NCBI GenBank assembly: GCA_028282585.1
Contig: JANQHR010000049.1
Location: forward strand, 20,626 to 84,625
Length of the DNA: 64,000 bases
Reading direction: 5' to 3'
Origin: Bacteroidales bacterium
GTDB lineage: Bacteria; Bacteroidota; Bacteroidia; Bacteroidales; UBA12077
In this document: positions 9,426-20,049 of the stretch, in pieces
How positions within the stretch are numbered: the first letter of the stretch is position 1
Layout: each line of letters opens with the position of its first letter
The notes under the pieces: generated by a model
Database searches by the model: none
What the model was told of the DNA's origin: nothing
What the model saw: the letters and a program-made list of their open reading frames with translations, nothing else
Position numbers and translations under genes: made by a program

Positions 9426-10785
9426 ACTTTTTGATTTTATTGTAAAGTGTTTTCCTGGAAACTCCCAATTCCTTTGCCGCAATTGTATAGTTTCCTTTGG
9501 ATTTTTCTATAGCCCTCAAAATAAGTTGTTTTTCATTTTCTGATAAATCAAGAGATTCTTCTTTAGTAAACCTGGATTCAAATATTTCGTTAATTCCGAA
9601 ATCATTCTCTGTTAGTTGATCATTTTCACTCATTATAACAGCTTTTTCAGTTAAATGTTCCAATTCACGAATATTTCCCGGCCAGTTGTATTCTTCTAAT
9701 TTTTCAAGTGCTGATTTTTCAATTTTATAAGCTATTTTACTATATTTTTTTTCATATTTAGCTTTAAAAAAGTCAATTAATATTTGAATATCACCTTTAC
9801 GATCTCGTAGTGGAGGTAAGTTTATTTGTATTGTATTTATCCTGTACAATAAATCTTCACGAAAACTTCCACCTATTACCATCTCCTGCAAAGACTTATT
9901 GGTCGCACAAATCAATCTAACATCAATAGGTATTTTATAATTCGCTCCAAGTCTATTAATTTCTCTATTTTGTAAAACAGCTAATAGCTTAGATTGTGAT
10001 GATAGGGAAAGATTGCCAATTTCGTCTAAGAAAAGTGTACCCCCGGAGGCTATTTCAATTCTTCCCGGCTTATCAACCTTTGCATCTGTAAATGCACCTT
10101 TTATATAACCAAATAATTCACTTTCAAAAAGAGTATCAGGCAATGCAGAAACATCCACATGAACAAAAACTTCATTTGCTCTATTAGATTTTCTATGAAT
10201 TTCACGTGCTATTAATTCTTTTCCGGTTCCATTTTCACCTAAAATTAAAACATTAGCTTCTGTTTTTGCCACTTTATTAACGGTCTTAAAAACCCCTTCC
10301 ATAGCCTTTGACTTACCAATAATGTCTGGAAATTGGCTAAAAATATCGCCTATCAAGTGTTTTTGTTTCTCACGTAGATTATTTATTTCCTTATTTGAGT
10401 TTTTTATTTTAAAGACATTCCGAATAGTAGTAATAAACTTTTCATCATCCCAGGGTTTTTGAATAAAATCCGTGGCTCCTTCACGCATTGCTTTTACCAC
10501 TAACTCCATATCTCCATAAGCTGTTATAAATACAATAGCTGCTTCCGGATCATGTTTAAGAATTTCATTCATCCAATAAATACCTTCATTACCAGTGCTA
10601 ATTCCTGCTTTGAAGTTCATATCTAAAATAACAACATCAAATAACTCCTTTATTAAAGTAGTATTTAGATTATTTGGGTCCTTAAGAGTCACAATCTTCT
10701 CAAAATAATTAAATAAAAGCATTTCAACTGCTATAAGTATTTCCTCATTATCATCAACAACCAATACTTTGCCTTGCTTTTTCAT
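9412..10785 (-). CDS. Sigma54-dependent response regulator (NtrC family)
   Basis: Receiver (VVDD, LDMNF), Walker A GENGTGKE, ESELFG..GAFTDA, TLFLDEIG, WPGNIREL, C-terminal Fis HTH. Confidence 0.95.
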   Translation of the reverse strand: MKKQGKVLVVDDNEEILIAVEMLLFNYFEKIVTLKDPNNLNTTLIKELFDVVILDMNFKAGISTGNEGIYWMNEILKHDPEAAIVFITAYGDMELVVKAMREGATDFIQKPWDDEKFITTIRNVFKIKNSNKEINNLREKQKHLIGDIFSQFPDIIGKSKAMEGVFKTVNKVAKTEANVLILGENGTGKELIAREIHRKSNRANEVFVHVDVSALPDTLFESELFGYIKGAFTDAKVDKPGRIEIASGGTLFLDEIGNLSLSSQSKLLAVLQNREINRLGANYKIPIDVRLICATNKSLQEMVIGGSFREDLLYRINTIQINLPPLRDRKGDIQILIDFFKAKYEKKYSKIAYKIEKSALEKLEEYNWPGNIRELEHLTEKAVIMSENDQLTENDFGINEIFESRFTKEESLDLSENEKQLILRAIEKSKGNYTIAAKELGVSRKTLYNKIKKYGLG

Positions 10786-10898
10786 CTGTTTATTTTCAAT
10801 TTTCGTTGTTCAAAAGAAGTTCGCATAATAAAGATAATCATCCATAACACACCAATGCTGATCATTGCTCTGTTCATACGATCAAATCTACAAAATAT

Positions 10899-11004
10899 TG
10901 TGTAAAATTTACACATAATTTGGTAATTTTTACTCACTTCTAATTATATAATAGATTTCATAGCACTGATTATCTATCATTTACATCTTTGGCATAAGCC
11001 TTGG
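10899..11004 (+). promoter_or_regulatory. Putative enhancer sites and sigma54 -24/-12 promoter for the ABC permease
   Basis: Palindrome TGTGTAAAATTTACACA (10899-10915), related site at 10921-10936, and TGGCATAAGCCTTGG (10990-11004). Confidence 0.6.
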
Positions 11005-11055
11005 CATAATTTATACACCAAATATTTGAATATTAATTAATACATTTAACATATC

Positions 11056-13464
11056 ATGATTAGAAATTACTTTATCGTTGCATTTCGGAACCTGATTCGA
11101 CAAAAAGGTTATTTTCTAATAAACCTTTTAGGGCTTACTATAGGATTAACAGCGTGTCTTTTAATTACTTTCTATGTAATTGACGAGTTAAGTTATGATA
11201 AGTTCCATGAAAAAGGAGATAGGATTTACCGAGTTGGTTATCAGTACACTGCTCCAAGTGGCGAAGTATTTAAAGCAGTAGGTAGCGAATATAGGTTAAA
11301 AGAACCATTTGAAAGTTTTTTTACTCAAATTGAGAGTTTTGTAAGAATTGGCAGGCCAAGGTCATATAAAATCAGGAATGGAGAAATAGAATTTGTTGAA
11401 CGAGATGTTTCTTTAGTTGAAAAGAACTTTTTTGAAGTATTTACTTATGATTGGTTAATAGGTGATCAAGCTACGGCACTTCAGGAACCCTTTACTGCTG
11501 TTATTACTGAAAGTATATCCAAAAAATACTTTGGTGATTCAATACCTATTGGAAAAAACCTGGAACTGGTTACTTCAATGGGAAATGTAGATTTAAGAAT
11601 TACTGGGCTAATAAAAGATATGCCAAGAAATTCCCATTTTAACTTGAATATTATGGCTTCAATGGAATCGGCGCCACATGTTTATAATGATATGATGTTA
11701 AATAACTGGGGTGAAATAACAAATTACAGTTACATCCTTTTACCTGAAAAAGTATCCATTGAATCATTGAAAAATATGGCTCAAGAATTTATGAAGCAAA
11801 CATTTGGAGAAAATGAAAGAGGTGGTTCTGAATTATTATTCCAACCTCTATTGGATATCCATTTACATTCTAATACAAGGTTTGAAATTAAAACAAATGG
11901 TAGCATGAAGAATGTTATTATATTCTCAATTATAGCATTGTTCATTCTTTTAATAGCAACAATAAATTATATGAATCTGGCAACTGCAAGGTCTGCAAAA
12001 AGATCGTTGGAAGTGGGTATGCGTAAAGTTTTGGGCGCCAAAAAAAGCAACTTGATAACTCAGTTTCTTGGGGAAGCCATATTAATTAGCTTTATTGCTA
12101 CCTGGCTCTCAATTGCCCTTTCTGATATGTTAATGCCATATTTTAACCAAATTGCAAAAAAGGAAATTGATATAAATTGGATGAATAACTTATGGATTAT
12201 TCTTTTAACATTTGTGTTTTCTATAATTATTGGAATTCTATCTGGAAGTTATCCTGCGTTCTTTTTAAGTTCTTTTAAACCTTTAAAAGTATTAAAAGAA
12301 AAAACTAAAGTTTCTTCTTCAAATTCCATTTTAAGGAAAGGGCTAATAATATCTCAATTTTCAATCTCTTCCGTATTAATAATTTGTACTTTAATAGTTT
12401 TCGTACAATGGAAATACATGCAAAACAAACCATTAGGAATTGACCCAACAAATGTTGTTAACCTGGTTACTCCCGGGGTGGACGAATATAAAGTTTTTAA
12501 ACAAGAGTTACTTAAGAACCCTAACATATTAAATGTAACAGCTTCAAATAAAAAACCTACAGCCAGGTTAAGCAGTAACTTATCTTATGAAGCTGAAAAT
12601 GTTGATAGTGAAAATAAGTCGATAAAAATAGTCACGGTTGATTATGATTTTTTTGAAACTATGAATAATAAAATAGTACAAGGAAGAAGCTTTTCGAGAG
12701 ATTTTATAGCTGATGAGAACTCTACCTTCATAATTAATGAAGCTGCCCTAAAAGAATTTGGCTGGGAAAATGCCATTGGCAAATCATTTGAAACATTTAC
12801 ATTAGATCCAGAAATTAGCAACTGGAAAAAAAGAAAGGGAATTGTTGTTGGCGTGGCTGAAGATTTTCATTTTGAATCTGTACATAATGAAATTGTACCC
12901 GTAGTGTATTTTATTGAACCTAATTGGAGAAACTGGATGTCAATTAAAATAAGTTCTTCCAATGTTCCTGAAACCATGAAATTCATTAAACACGAATGGG
13001 ACAAGCTAAAAACAGAAAACACCTATAATCTTTCATTTTATGAAGAAAATTTAGACGCCTTGTATCGAGCCGAGAAAAGGTTCTTCTTAATCTTTATCAT
13101 ATTTTCCGGATTAGCAATTTTCATTGCTTGTTTAGGTATATTCGGATTAGCTTCGTTTACTACTGAACAAAAAACCAAGGAAATAGGCATTAGAAAGGTT
13201 TTAGGGGCATCGGTATCCACAATCATTCAATTAATAAACAAGGAGTTCCTAAAACTGGTTGTTTTGTCTAATTTAGTTGCTTGGCCAATTGCATGGTATT
13301 TTATGAAGAATTGGCTAAATAACTTTGTTTACAGAATAGACCTTTCTATCTGGCCATTTATTGTTAGTGGAATTATAGCCATAATAATTGCCATAATTTC
13401 AGTAAGTTATCAAGCCTTGAAGGCAAGTAATACCAATCCGGTTGTTGCATTAAGATATGAATAA
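11056..13464 (+). CDS. MacB/FtsX-type ABC transporter permease (two-repeat, ~800 aa)
   Basis: NYF.VAFRNL start, DELSYDKFH, INYMNLATARS..R..EVGMRKVLGA, EIGIRKVLGA, NPV.ALRYE end. Confidence 0.93.
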   Translation: MIRNYFIVAFRNLIRQKGYFLINLLGLTIGLTACLLITFYVIDELSYDKFHEKGDRIYRVGYQYTAPSGEVFKAVGSEYRLKEPFESFFTQIESFVRIGRPRSYKIRNGEIEFVERDVSLVEKNFFEVFTYDWLIGDQATALQEPFTAVITESISKKYFGDSIPIGKNLELVTSMGNVDLRITGLIKDMPRNSHFNLNIMASMESAPHVYNDMMLNNWGEITNYSYILLPEKVSIESLKNMAQEFMKQTFGENERGGSELLFQPLLDIHLHSNTRFEIKTNGSMKNVIIFSIIALFILLIATINYMNLATARSAKRSLEVGMRKVLGAKKSNLITQFLGEAILISFIATWLSIALSDMLMPYFNQIAKKEIDINWMNNLWIILLTFVFSIIIGILSGSYPAFFLSSFKPLKVLKEKTKVSSSNSILRKGLIISQFSISSVLIICTLIVFVQWKYMQNKPLGIDPTNVVNLVTPGVDEYKVFKQELLKNPNILNVTASNKKPTARLSSNLSYEAENVDSENKSIKIVTVDYDFFETMNNKIVQGRSFSRDFIADENSTFIINEAALKEFGWENAIGKSFETFTLDPEISNWKKRKGIVVGVAEDFHFESVHNEIVPVVYFIEPNWRNWMSIKISSSNVPETMKFIKHEWDKLKTENTYNLSFYEENLDALYRAEKRFFLIFIIFSGLAIFIACLGIFGLASFTTEQKTKEIGIRKVLGASVSTIIQLINKEFLKLVVLSNLVAWPIAWYFMKNWLNNFVYRIDLSIWPFIVSGIIAIIIAIISVSYQALKASNTNPVVALRYE

Positions 13465-13483
13465 TCTTTATTATTTCATCCAT

Positions 13484-13522
13484 ATTAACTCAACGAGGGT
13501 TTCAAAACCTCGTTGAGTTAAT
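13484..13522. repeat. REP-like palindrome / bidirectional terminator between convergent genes
   Basis: 15-bp perfect arms ATTAACTCAACGAGG / CCTCGTTGAGTTAAT around GTTTCAAAA. Confidence 0.7.
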
Positions 13523-13533
13523 TCTTTGTGTTG

Positions 13534-13995
13534 CTATATACTGAACTCTCTATCTATTGTTTGTTCCAATGAAATAAATGTTTCCGTTTTTGCAACCCCT
13601 GGTATATTTTGCATTTTATATACCAAAACATTCATTAAGTGCTGGTTATCTACACAATATATTTTAACAAGAAGCGACCAATTTCCTGTTGTAAAATGGC
13701 ATTCTACAATTTCGGGAATTTTTTCAATTTCCTTAATTACATGGTTATAAACATGTGCTTTATCAAGTAAAATACCAACAAAAGCACAGATATCAAATCC
13801 AACTGCTTTGGGTTTTACTGTAAATTTGGATCCACTTATTATTCCTGAATCCTCTAGTTTACGAATTCGTTGGTGAATGGCAGCACCTGAAATACCGCAA
13901 GCACGTGCAATTTCTAAAAAGGGTGTTCTCGCATTCTTTATCAGAAAAGATAGAATTTTCCGGTCTGTAGCATCAATTTGTACCTTCTGGCTCAT
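13534..13995 (-). CDS. asnC: Lrp/AsnC family transcriptional regulator
   Basis: ID..DRKIL..L..NAR.PF.EIAR..GIS.AAIHQRI HTH; ECHFTTG ligand domain. Likely ATG at 13995. Confidence 0.9.
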   Translation of the reverse strand: MSQKVQIDATDRKILSFLIKNARTPFLEIARACGISGAAIHQRIRKLEDSGIISGSKFTVKPKAVGFDICAFVGILLDKAHVYNHVIKEIEKIPEIVECHFTTGNWSLLVKIYCVDNQHLMNVLVYKMQNIPGVAKTETFISLEQTIDREFSI

Positions 13996-14063
13996 ATTAA
14001 ATAACAATTTGTAATTATTCTACAATATTATATAATATTTTATAACTAAAGCATATATAACAA

Positions 14064-15425
14064 TTAATTGGTTACATTTATTTTCAATGTAAAAATTGTT
14101 TCATGTTCTGTTGATTTTGTTAAAACTAAGGTACCACCCTGAACATTAGCCAATTGTCTTGATAAACTAAGTCCAATCCCGGTACCTTGTTTATAGGTGG
14201 TATAAAAAGGAACAAAAATCTTATCCTGAATACTACGAGGAATACCTTTCCCATTATCAATAATATTTATATAAACATTAGTATTATCCTTCCATGATGA
14301 TATATTTATTAGTGGCTTTGAGGTATCCTTCAGAGCTTCAAAAGAGTTTTTAATTAAGTTAATCAGTATTTGCTCAGTCATTCCTCTATCTACATATGCT
14401 TCCATACTGTATAATGTTTTATTCGCTAACTCTATTCCTTTCTTTTTTGCTTCTTCTTTTAATAATAAGATAATATTATTAATTAATTGATTAATGTTTA
14501 CATTTTTAAATTCGGGATGAGGAATTAAAGTAAGATTTCTAAAATGCTTAACAAAATGAAGCATTCCATCACTTCTTTCTTTTATAATTTTAATCCCTTT
14601 TACTGCATCACCTAAAATTTCCGGTTTAATTAATTCAACGCTAACAGGCTCTTTACTTTTATCTGACAGCAATTCTAAAATTGTTGATATCGAAGAATTA
14701 ATTGGTCCAACAGAATTCATTAATTCATGTGTAAGAACTCGTATTAATTTCTGCCAACCTTCCATCTCTATCTTGTCTAATTCTCCTCTGATATTTTGAA
14801 AGGAAACAATCTTTATTTCTTCATCCGGGAATTTTAAAAATGCAGCTCTTAATGATAAATGTTGCAAATAACTATCATGATAAAAACTTAGCATTTTTGA
14901 TTCTTCAGGTTTAATCTTTTCTAAAGTATTTGCAAATGAAGAATCTATTTTATGAATATCAACAATATTATTTACGTTTCCTTTGCCTAAAATTTTTCTT
15001 GCTGCAGAGTTTTTCAGGGTGATTTTTCCCTTATTATCAATTGTAATAATTCCAATGTTGATATGTTCAAAAAGCGTTGTGAGATAAACGTTTTTTTGTA
15101 AGCTATCTACCCTTAGTTCCTGAACATGTTTAATTAATTTGTCGAATTTATTATAAATGTTACTAAGTTCAGAGTTATCGTTTTTCTTAGAAAAATTAAT
15201 TGTAGTTTCTGTGCTTTCTACAGAATCAAATAAATACTCCAACTCACGATTTAAAGTGTTCTGGCTACGAACAAAGAGAAAGACCTGAATGAAAAGCAGA
15301 AGCGAAAGGTTTATGATAAAAAACCAATCAGGACGAGGTATTGAAACAAATGCAATAATTAAACATGTTATTAATATACCAATGATACGAACCCAGATTT
15401 TAATATAATGTTTTTTTAAAATCAT
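14064..15425 (-). CDS. Sensor histidine kinase, paralog of 8100-9425
   Basis: WQKLIRVLTHELMNS H-box, QILINLIKNS, DNGKGI, GTGIGLSL. Confidence 0.92.
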   Translation of the reverse strand: MILKKHYIKIWVRIIGILITCLIIAFVSIPRPDWFFIINLSLLLFIQVFLFVRSQNTLNRELEYLFDSVESTETTINFSKKNDNSELSNIYNKFDKLIKHVQELRVDSLQKNVYLTTLFEHINIGIITIDNKGKITLKNSAARKILGKGNVNNIVDIHKIDSSFANTLEKIKPEESKMLSFYHDSYLQHLSLRAAFLKFPDEEIKIVSFQNIRGELDKIEMEGWQKLIRVLTHELMNSVGPINSSISTILELLSDKSKEPVSVELIKPEILGDAVKGIKIIKERSDGMLHFVKHFRNLTLIPHPEFKNVNINQLINNIILLLKEEAKKKGIELANKTLYSMEAYVDRGMTEQILINLIKNSFEALKDTSKPLINISSWKDNTNVYINIIDNGKGIPRSIQDKIFVPFYTTYKQGTGIGLSLSRQLANVQGGTLVLTKSTEHETIFTLKINVTN

Positions 15426-15448
15426 TAAATCAAGAATTATTTGAATAG

Positions 15449-16816
15449 TTAAATACCATACTCTTTCATTTTTCGATATAATGTTTGTCTTACTATTCCA
15501 AGTTCTTTTGAAACTGCTGATAAATTTCCTTTATTTCTTTTAATCGCACTTTTTATTATAATTTTTTCTACCTCACTTAACCTTAAAGGCCTGTCAATTA
15601 AATTATCAGTACTACTGGATTTCTGAATTATTAAATCATTTGGTGGGATTATATTCTCTTCGCACATTATTACGGCGCGTTCCACAGCATGGCTAAGTTC
15701 CCTAATATTGCCAGGCCAATGATATTCCATAAGTCTTTCAATTGTGCTCCTGCTAAAAGATAAGTTTTTCTTTCCATATTTTTCCGAATACCTATTTAGA
15801 TAATAATTAGCAATTAAAACAATATCATCGTCCCTTGAACGAAGAGGTGGCAATTCGATCTGAATCGTATTTATCCGATAAAGTAAATCTTCCCGAAACA
15901 TTTTATTTGCTACCATTTCATTCAAATTCCGATTAGTTGCGCAAATAAGTCTTATATCTATCTGTATTGGTTTCGACCCTCCAACCGGCACTAATTCACG
16001 GTTTTGAATAACCGTAAGTAATTTGGCTTGCATGGTTTGCGATAAATTACCGATTTCGTCAAGAAAGAGAGTCCCCCCGTTTGCTAGTATAATTCTTCCA
16101 GATCTGTCTTCTTTTGCATCAGTAAAAGCACCTTTTTTATATCCAAAAAGTTCACTTTCAAAGATCGATTCAGTAATTGTACCCATGTCAATTGACATGA
16201 AAATACCATTTTTACGTTTAGATTGCTTATGGATTTTACGTGCTACCAGCTCTTTTCCTGTACCATTCTCTCCGAGTATAAGAACATTAGCATCAGTTGG
16301 TGCAACTTTTTCAATTGTTCTAAAAACCTCTTGCATTGAAGATGAATGACCGAGTATATCGTGAGTTTTTTTATTGAAGTTTTGTTTTAACTGCTCCTGC
16401 TGTGATTCAAGTAATGAAACTTTTTGCCTTGTTTTACTCAAATCTAAACAATTTATAATAGTTGCGTACAGTTTCTCATTATCCCATGGTTTTAAAATGA
16501 AATCTGAAGCACCCAATTTTAATGTTTCAACTGCCAGTTCAACATCCCCATATGCTGTAATCATTATAACTACTTGATTTGAATTTAATTTTTTAATTTC
16601 TTTTAACCACAATAAACCTTCTTGTCCTAAATTATCAGCATATTCAAAATTCATATCAAGTAATACAATATCAATTTGTTCTTTTTGAAGTAATTGAATA
16701 ATACGGCTTGGATCATTTATAGATATTACTTTTCTTACTTTATACTTTAAAAAAAGAGTTAAAGAATCAATAACACTGGGATTATCATCAACAATTAATA
16801 TGGTTCCGTCAATCAT
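15449..16816 (-). CDS. Sigma54-dependent response regulator, paralog of 9412-10785
   Basis: Receiver plus GENGTGKE, GAFTDA, LFLDEIG, WPGNIREL and HTH. Confidence 0.95.
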   Translation of the reverse strand: MIDGTILIVDDNPSVIDSLTLFLKYKVRKVISINDPSRIIQLLQKEQIDIVLLDMNFEYADNLGQEGLLWLKEIKKLNSNQVVIMITAYGDVELAVETLKLGASDFILKPWDNEKLYATIINCLDLSKTRQKVSLLESQQEQLKQNFNKKTHDILGHSSSMQEVFRTIEKVAPTDANVLILGENGTGKELVARKIHKQSKRKNGIFMSIDMGTITESIFESELFGYKKGAFTDAKEDRSGRIILANGGTLFLDEIGNLSQTMQAKLLTVIQNRELVPVGGSKPIQIDIRLICATNRNLNEMVANKMFREDLLYRINTIQIELPPLRSRDDDIVLIANYYLNRYSEKYGKKNLSFSRSTIERLMEYHWPGNIRELSHAVERAVIMCEENIIPPNDLIIQKSSSTDNLIDRPLRLSEVEKIIIKSAIKRNKGNLSAVSKELGIVRQTLYRKMKEYGI

Positions 16817-16871
16817 ATTTTTCTTATAATATGATCAAATGTAGGTAGAAAAAAATAACCGACAAACAAAT

Positions 16872-16990
16872 TGTATGATTTTTAGACACATGCTGGATGA
16901 TTTTTTTACACATTTTTAGAGGTGAAATTATAGAATTTATGTATATAATTCTGATTTTTTGATCTTTACAACCATTGGCACATAAGTTGA
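16872..16990 (+). promoter_or_regulatory. Putative enhancer sites and sigma54 promoter for the second permease
   Basis: Two TG..TGATTTTT..ACACA sites (16872-16890, 16894-16912) and TGGCACATAAGTTGA (16976-16990); same layout as 10899-11004. Confidence 0.6.
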
Positions 16991-17032
16991 AAATTATTGT
17001 AAAAATTAATACCAATCTAATTACGAGAAATT

Positions 17033-19360
17033 ATGTTTATAAATTATATTATTACAGCATGGAGAAGTTTAATTAAAAACAGGGCTGTATCCATTATCAA
17101 TATAGGAGGTTTAACTATTGGATTAGCTTCAGCTGTTCTGGCTATTTTATTTGCCCAGCATGAGCTAACCTACGAAGAAATGCATGAAAATGCAGATAGA
17201 ACATACCGCGTATATATAAAAGGCGACTTTGAGCAATTCAACTGGATTCCCTACAGTTATGGACCTGATGGACCAACTCTAAAAAATATGTTCCCTGAAA
17301 TTGAAATGTATACTAGATTACAAGAATATTCAGATATTCCTGTAAGAGTTGGCGAGAATATTTTTTATGAAAACTACGTATTTTTAGCTGATTCCAATAT
17401 ATTTAACATTCTAACCTTCTCTTTTATTAATGGTTCTCCTTCAAATGATCTAAACACAGTCGTTATTTCTGAAAGAGTAGCAAAAAGATACTTTGGAGAT
17501 ACAATTCCTATTGGCAATTCAATGACTATAACTTTTCGAGGTCAAAAAAATGAATATGTTATAACAGGCATATTCAAAGAATTTACATCAAATACACATC
17601 TAGGGATAGACATAATCTTACCATTTGATATAATACGCAGGTACGAATGGATTAAACCGGAGGAATATCAAGGGTCTTCATATTTAACCTATTTATTGCT
17701 TAATGAAGGTGTTGATTATAAACAATTAAATCAGAAGATTGAGTCAACATATAAAATTCCAAGTGAGATTGATGATGTAAACGCTTTTTTAATGCCCTTA
17801 AAAGAAATACATATGCACGGGACATTTGGAAATAATAAAGGAAAACTTATTGTTTTTCTAGTAGGAGGTTTATTTGTATTAATTATTACATGTATTAATT
17901 ACGTTAATCTTACTAATATTCTATTCTCAACCAGGAACAAAGAGATAGGTATTCGAAAGGTAGTTGGAGCAAGACAAAAAAATATTATTTTTCAATTTCT
18001 TACTGACACTATTCTTACAACTATTATAGCTTTTAATTTTGCATTAATTATTATTAAGTTAATACTTCCATGGTTTAATTCATTAATGGATACCAATATT
18101 CAATTAGTGTCAAATACAAGTACAATGGTTCTTTTAGTATTAATATTTATAGTAACCATTTTATTTTCTGGTGTATATCCTGCATTACGTTATTCCTTCT
18201 TAAAACCTGTATCATTGATGAAAACCACCACAAATATATTGGGAGGTAAAGGACGTTCCAGATTTATTCTAACAACGTTCCAATTTTTTCTTGCCATAAT
18301 TTTTATTCAGATCATACTTGCAATGAATAAACATGGAAATTTCTTAAATAGCAACGATTTTAAGTTATACAATTCTGATGATGTAATCTGTATTTCAGGA
18401 AAACCCTGGGGAGATCTAACTAAAATTAAAGACGAACTACTAAAAAGTCCTGCTATTGAATATGTTTCATGGGGATCAACTATACCTGAATATGGATTAA
18501 GCTTATCTTCTGATTGGAAAGATAAAGATAATAAAACACTTGCATCAATTTACAGATTTGAAAAAGATTATCTTAATGTATTTAAAATCAAGATGCTTGA
18601 AGGTCGCTTTTTTTCCGATGAGTTCCCTTCAGATCCTGAAAACGCCGTTGTAATTAATAAATTAGCAGCCAATACTCTTGATTATGAGAATCCGGTGGGA
18701 AAAACTGTTTTGATTGGGGAAAAACAGTATAATATTATTGGTATTATTGATAAATACAGAGCTATACCTCCAATTTTTGACCATGTTCCTTTACTAATAA
18801 GAACTGGTTCAAAAACTTCTAATTATCTAATTATAAGAATTAATCCAAAAAATCGTAAAATAGCATATCAATACATTACAAAAACTCTCCAAAGCTTTAA
18901 CGCTGATATTCCAGTTGAATTAAAATATCACAATGATTTATTATACAGCACTACTGAGGCAAAATCATTTATTTCTTCAACTCAATTATTAAGCCTTTTC
19001 TTTTACTTGACTATTATAACTTCTCTTGTTGGTTTGTTCGGACTTTCGTTGTTCATAGCTAAACGTAACAACAGAGTAATTAGTATTCGAAAGGTTTTTG
19101 GTGCTTCAATATCAAATATAATGTTAAGGCTTTCTAAAGGAATAATTATTCAGGTTTTAATTGCCTTTATATTAGCTACTCCTGTTTCAATGATGGCAAT
19201 GACAGGCTATCTTTCTGTTTTCCCAGCAGAATTTAATCTTGGATTACTTACATTTATTATTGGAGGTATAATAGCTATGATTTTAGTACTCTTAACTGTT
19301 GGGTGGCAGACATGGCGGGCTGCTAATGCTAATCCAGCTGAAGCTTTACGAGTTGAATAA
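17033..19360 (+). CDS. MacB/FtsX-type ABC transporter permease
   Basis: INYVNL..R.KEIGIRKVVGA, IRKVFGAS, NPAEALRVE end. Confidence 0.92.
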   Translation: MFINYIITAWRSLIKNRAVSIINIGGLTIGLASAVLAILFAQHELTYEEMHENADRTYRVYIKGDFEQFNWIPYSYGPDGPTLKNMFPEIEMYTRLQEYSDIPVRVGENIFYENYVFLADSNIFNILTFSFINGSPSNDLNTVVISERVAKRYFGDTIPIGNSMTITFRGQKNEYVITGIFKEFTSNTHLGIDIILPFDIIRRYEWIKPEEYQGSSYLTYLLLNEGVDYKQLNQKIESTYKIPSEIDDVNAFLMPLKEIHMHGTFGNNKGKLIVFLVGGLFVLIITCINYVNLTNILFSTRNKEIGIRKVVGARQKNIIFQFLTDTILTTIIAFNFALIIIKLILPWFNSLMDTNIQLVSNTSTMVLLVLIFIVTILFSGVYPALRYSFLKPVSLMKTTTNILGGKGRSRFILTTFQFFLAIIFIQIILAMNKHGNFLNSNDFKLYNSDDVICISGKPWGDLTKIKDELLKSPAIEYVSWGSTIPEYGLSLSSDWKDKDNKTLASIYRFEKDYLNVFKIKMLEGRFFSDEFPSDPENAVVINKLAANTLDYENPVGKTVLIGEKQYNIIGIIDKYRAIPPIFDHVPLLIRTGSKTSNYLIIRINPKNRKIAYQYITKTLQSFNADIPVELKYHNDLLYSTTEAKSFISSTQLLSLFFYLTIITSLVGLFGLSLFIAKRNNRVISIRKVFGASISNIMLRLSKGIIIQVLIAFILATPVSMMAMTGYLSVFPAEFNLGLLTFIIGGIIAMILVLLTVGWQTWRAANANPAEALRVE

Positions 19361-19385
19361 TATAAAACTAATAATATTTTTCAAA

Positions 19386-19412
19386 AAAAGCGGTCCAATA
19401 AAGACCGCTTTT
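19386..19412. terminator. Bidirectional intrinsic terminator
   Basis: AAAAGCGGTC-CAATAAA-GACCGCTTTT between convergent genes. Confidence 0.8.
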
Positions 19413-19431
19413 CATATATAGGATTTGTTTA

Positions 19432-19983
19432 TTAGGCTTTTTGCATTTCCTGAACTATTTCTGTACCTCTGTTTACAGCTTTTTCATTAACAGGAATTAA
19501 ATGGTGGTATCGCTCTGGTAATGATTTTTTCAAACCAGCAATCACATTTTCCATTTTAACAATTGGTTTAATCTTTAAGAATCCTCCTAAAACAATCATG
19601 TTGAAAGTCTTAGTGGTCTCCATTTTTGCGGCTTCAGCAGCAGCATCAACACGGTAAATGCTGATATCTTTTCTCTCTGGGTGGCGTGTAATACCATTGC
19701 CATCGTAAATTAACGTACCTCCTGGCTTAACCATACTTTCAAATTTATCCATTGATTGTTGGTTAAGAATAATAGCTGTATCATATTCACTAATGATTGG
19801 TGAACTAATTCTTTCGTCACTTATAATAACAGTAACATTAGCAGTACCACCTCTCATTTCCGGTCCGTAAGAAGGCATCCAGGTTACTTCTTGTCCTTGA
19901 ACAATACCAGAGTAACACATAATCTTACCCATTGAAAGAACTCCCTGTCCACCAAATCCGGCTATAATTATTTCTTCTGTCAT
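19432..19983 (-). CDS. 2-oxoacid:ferredoxin oxidoreductase gamma subunit
   Basis: AGFGGQGV, PSYGPEMRGG motifs. Confidence 0.93.
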   Translation of the reverse strand: MTEEIIIAGFGGQGVLSMGKIMCYSGIVQGQEVTWMPSYGPEMRGGTANVTVIISDERISSPIISEYDTAIILNQQSMDKFESMVKPGGTLIYDGNGITRHPERKDISIYRVDAAAEAAKMETTKTFNMIVLGGFLKIKPIVKMENVIAGLKKSLPERYHHLIPVNEKAVNRGTEIVQEMQKA

Positions 19984-20049
19984 TTTTCTTAATTTTTTAA
20001 TTTAAAAAATTATCCCAATAGCTCCCGATAATTGTCGGGACGGGAAGGT

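Noticed and set aside
9412-16816. GAFTDA instead of GAFTGA in both sigma54 activators
   Set aside because: A common natural variant, so not evidence of sigma54 independence, especially with -24/-12-like sites next door.
20023-20040. Palindrome TCCCGATAATTGTCGGGA between oxidoreductase genes
   Set aside because: Single short REP-like palindrome with no further evidence of function in this window.
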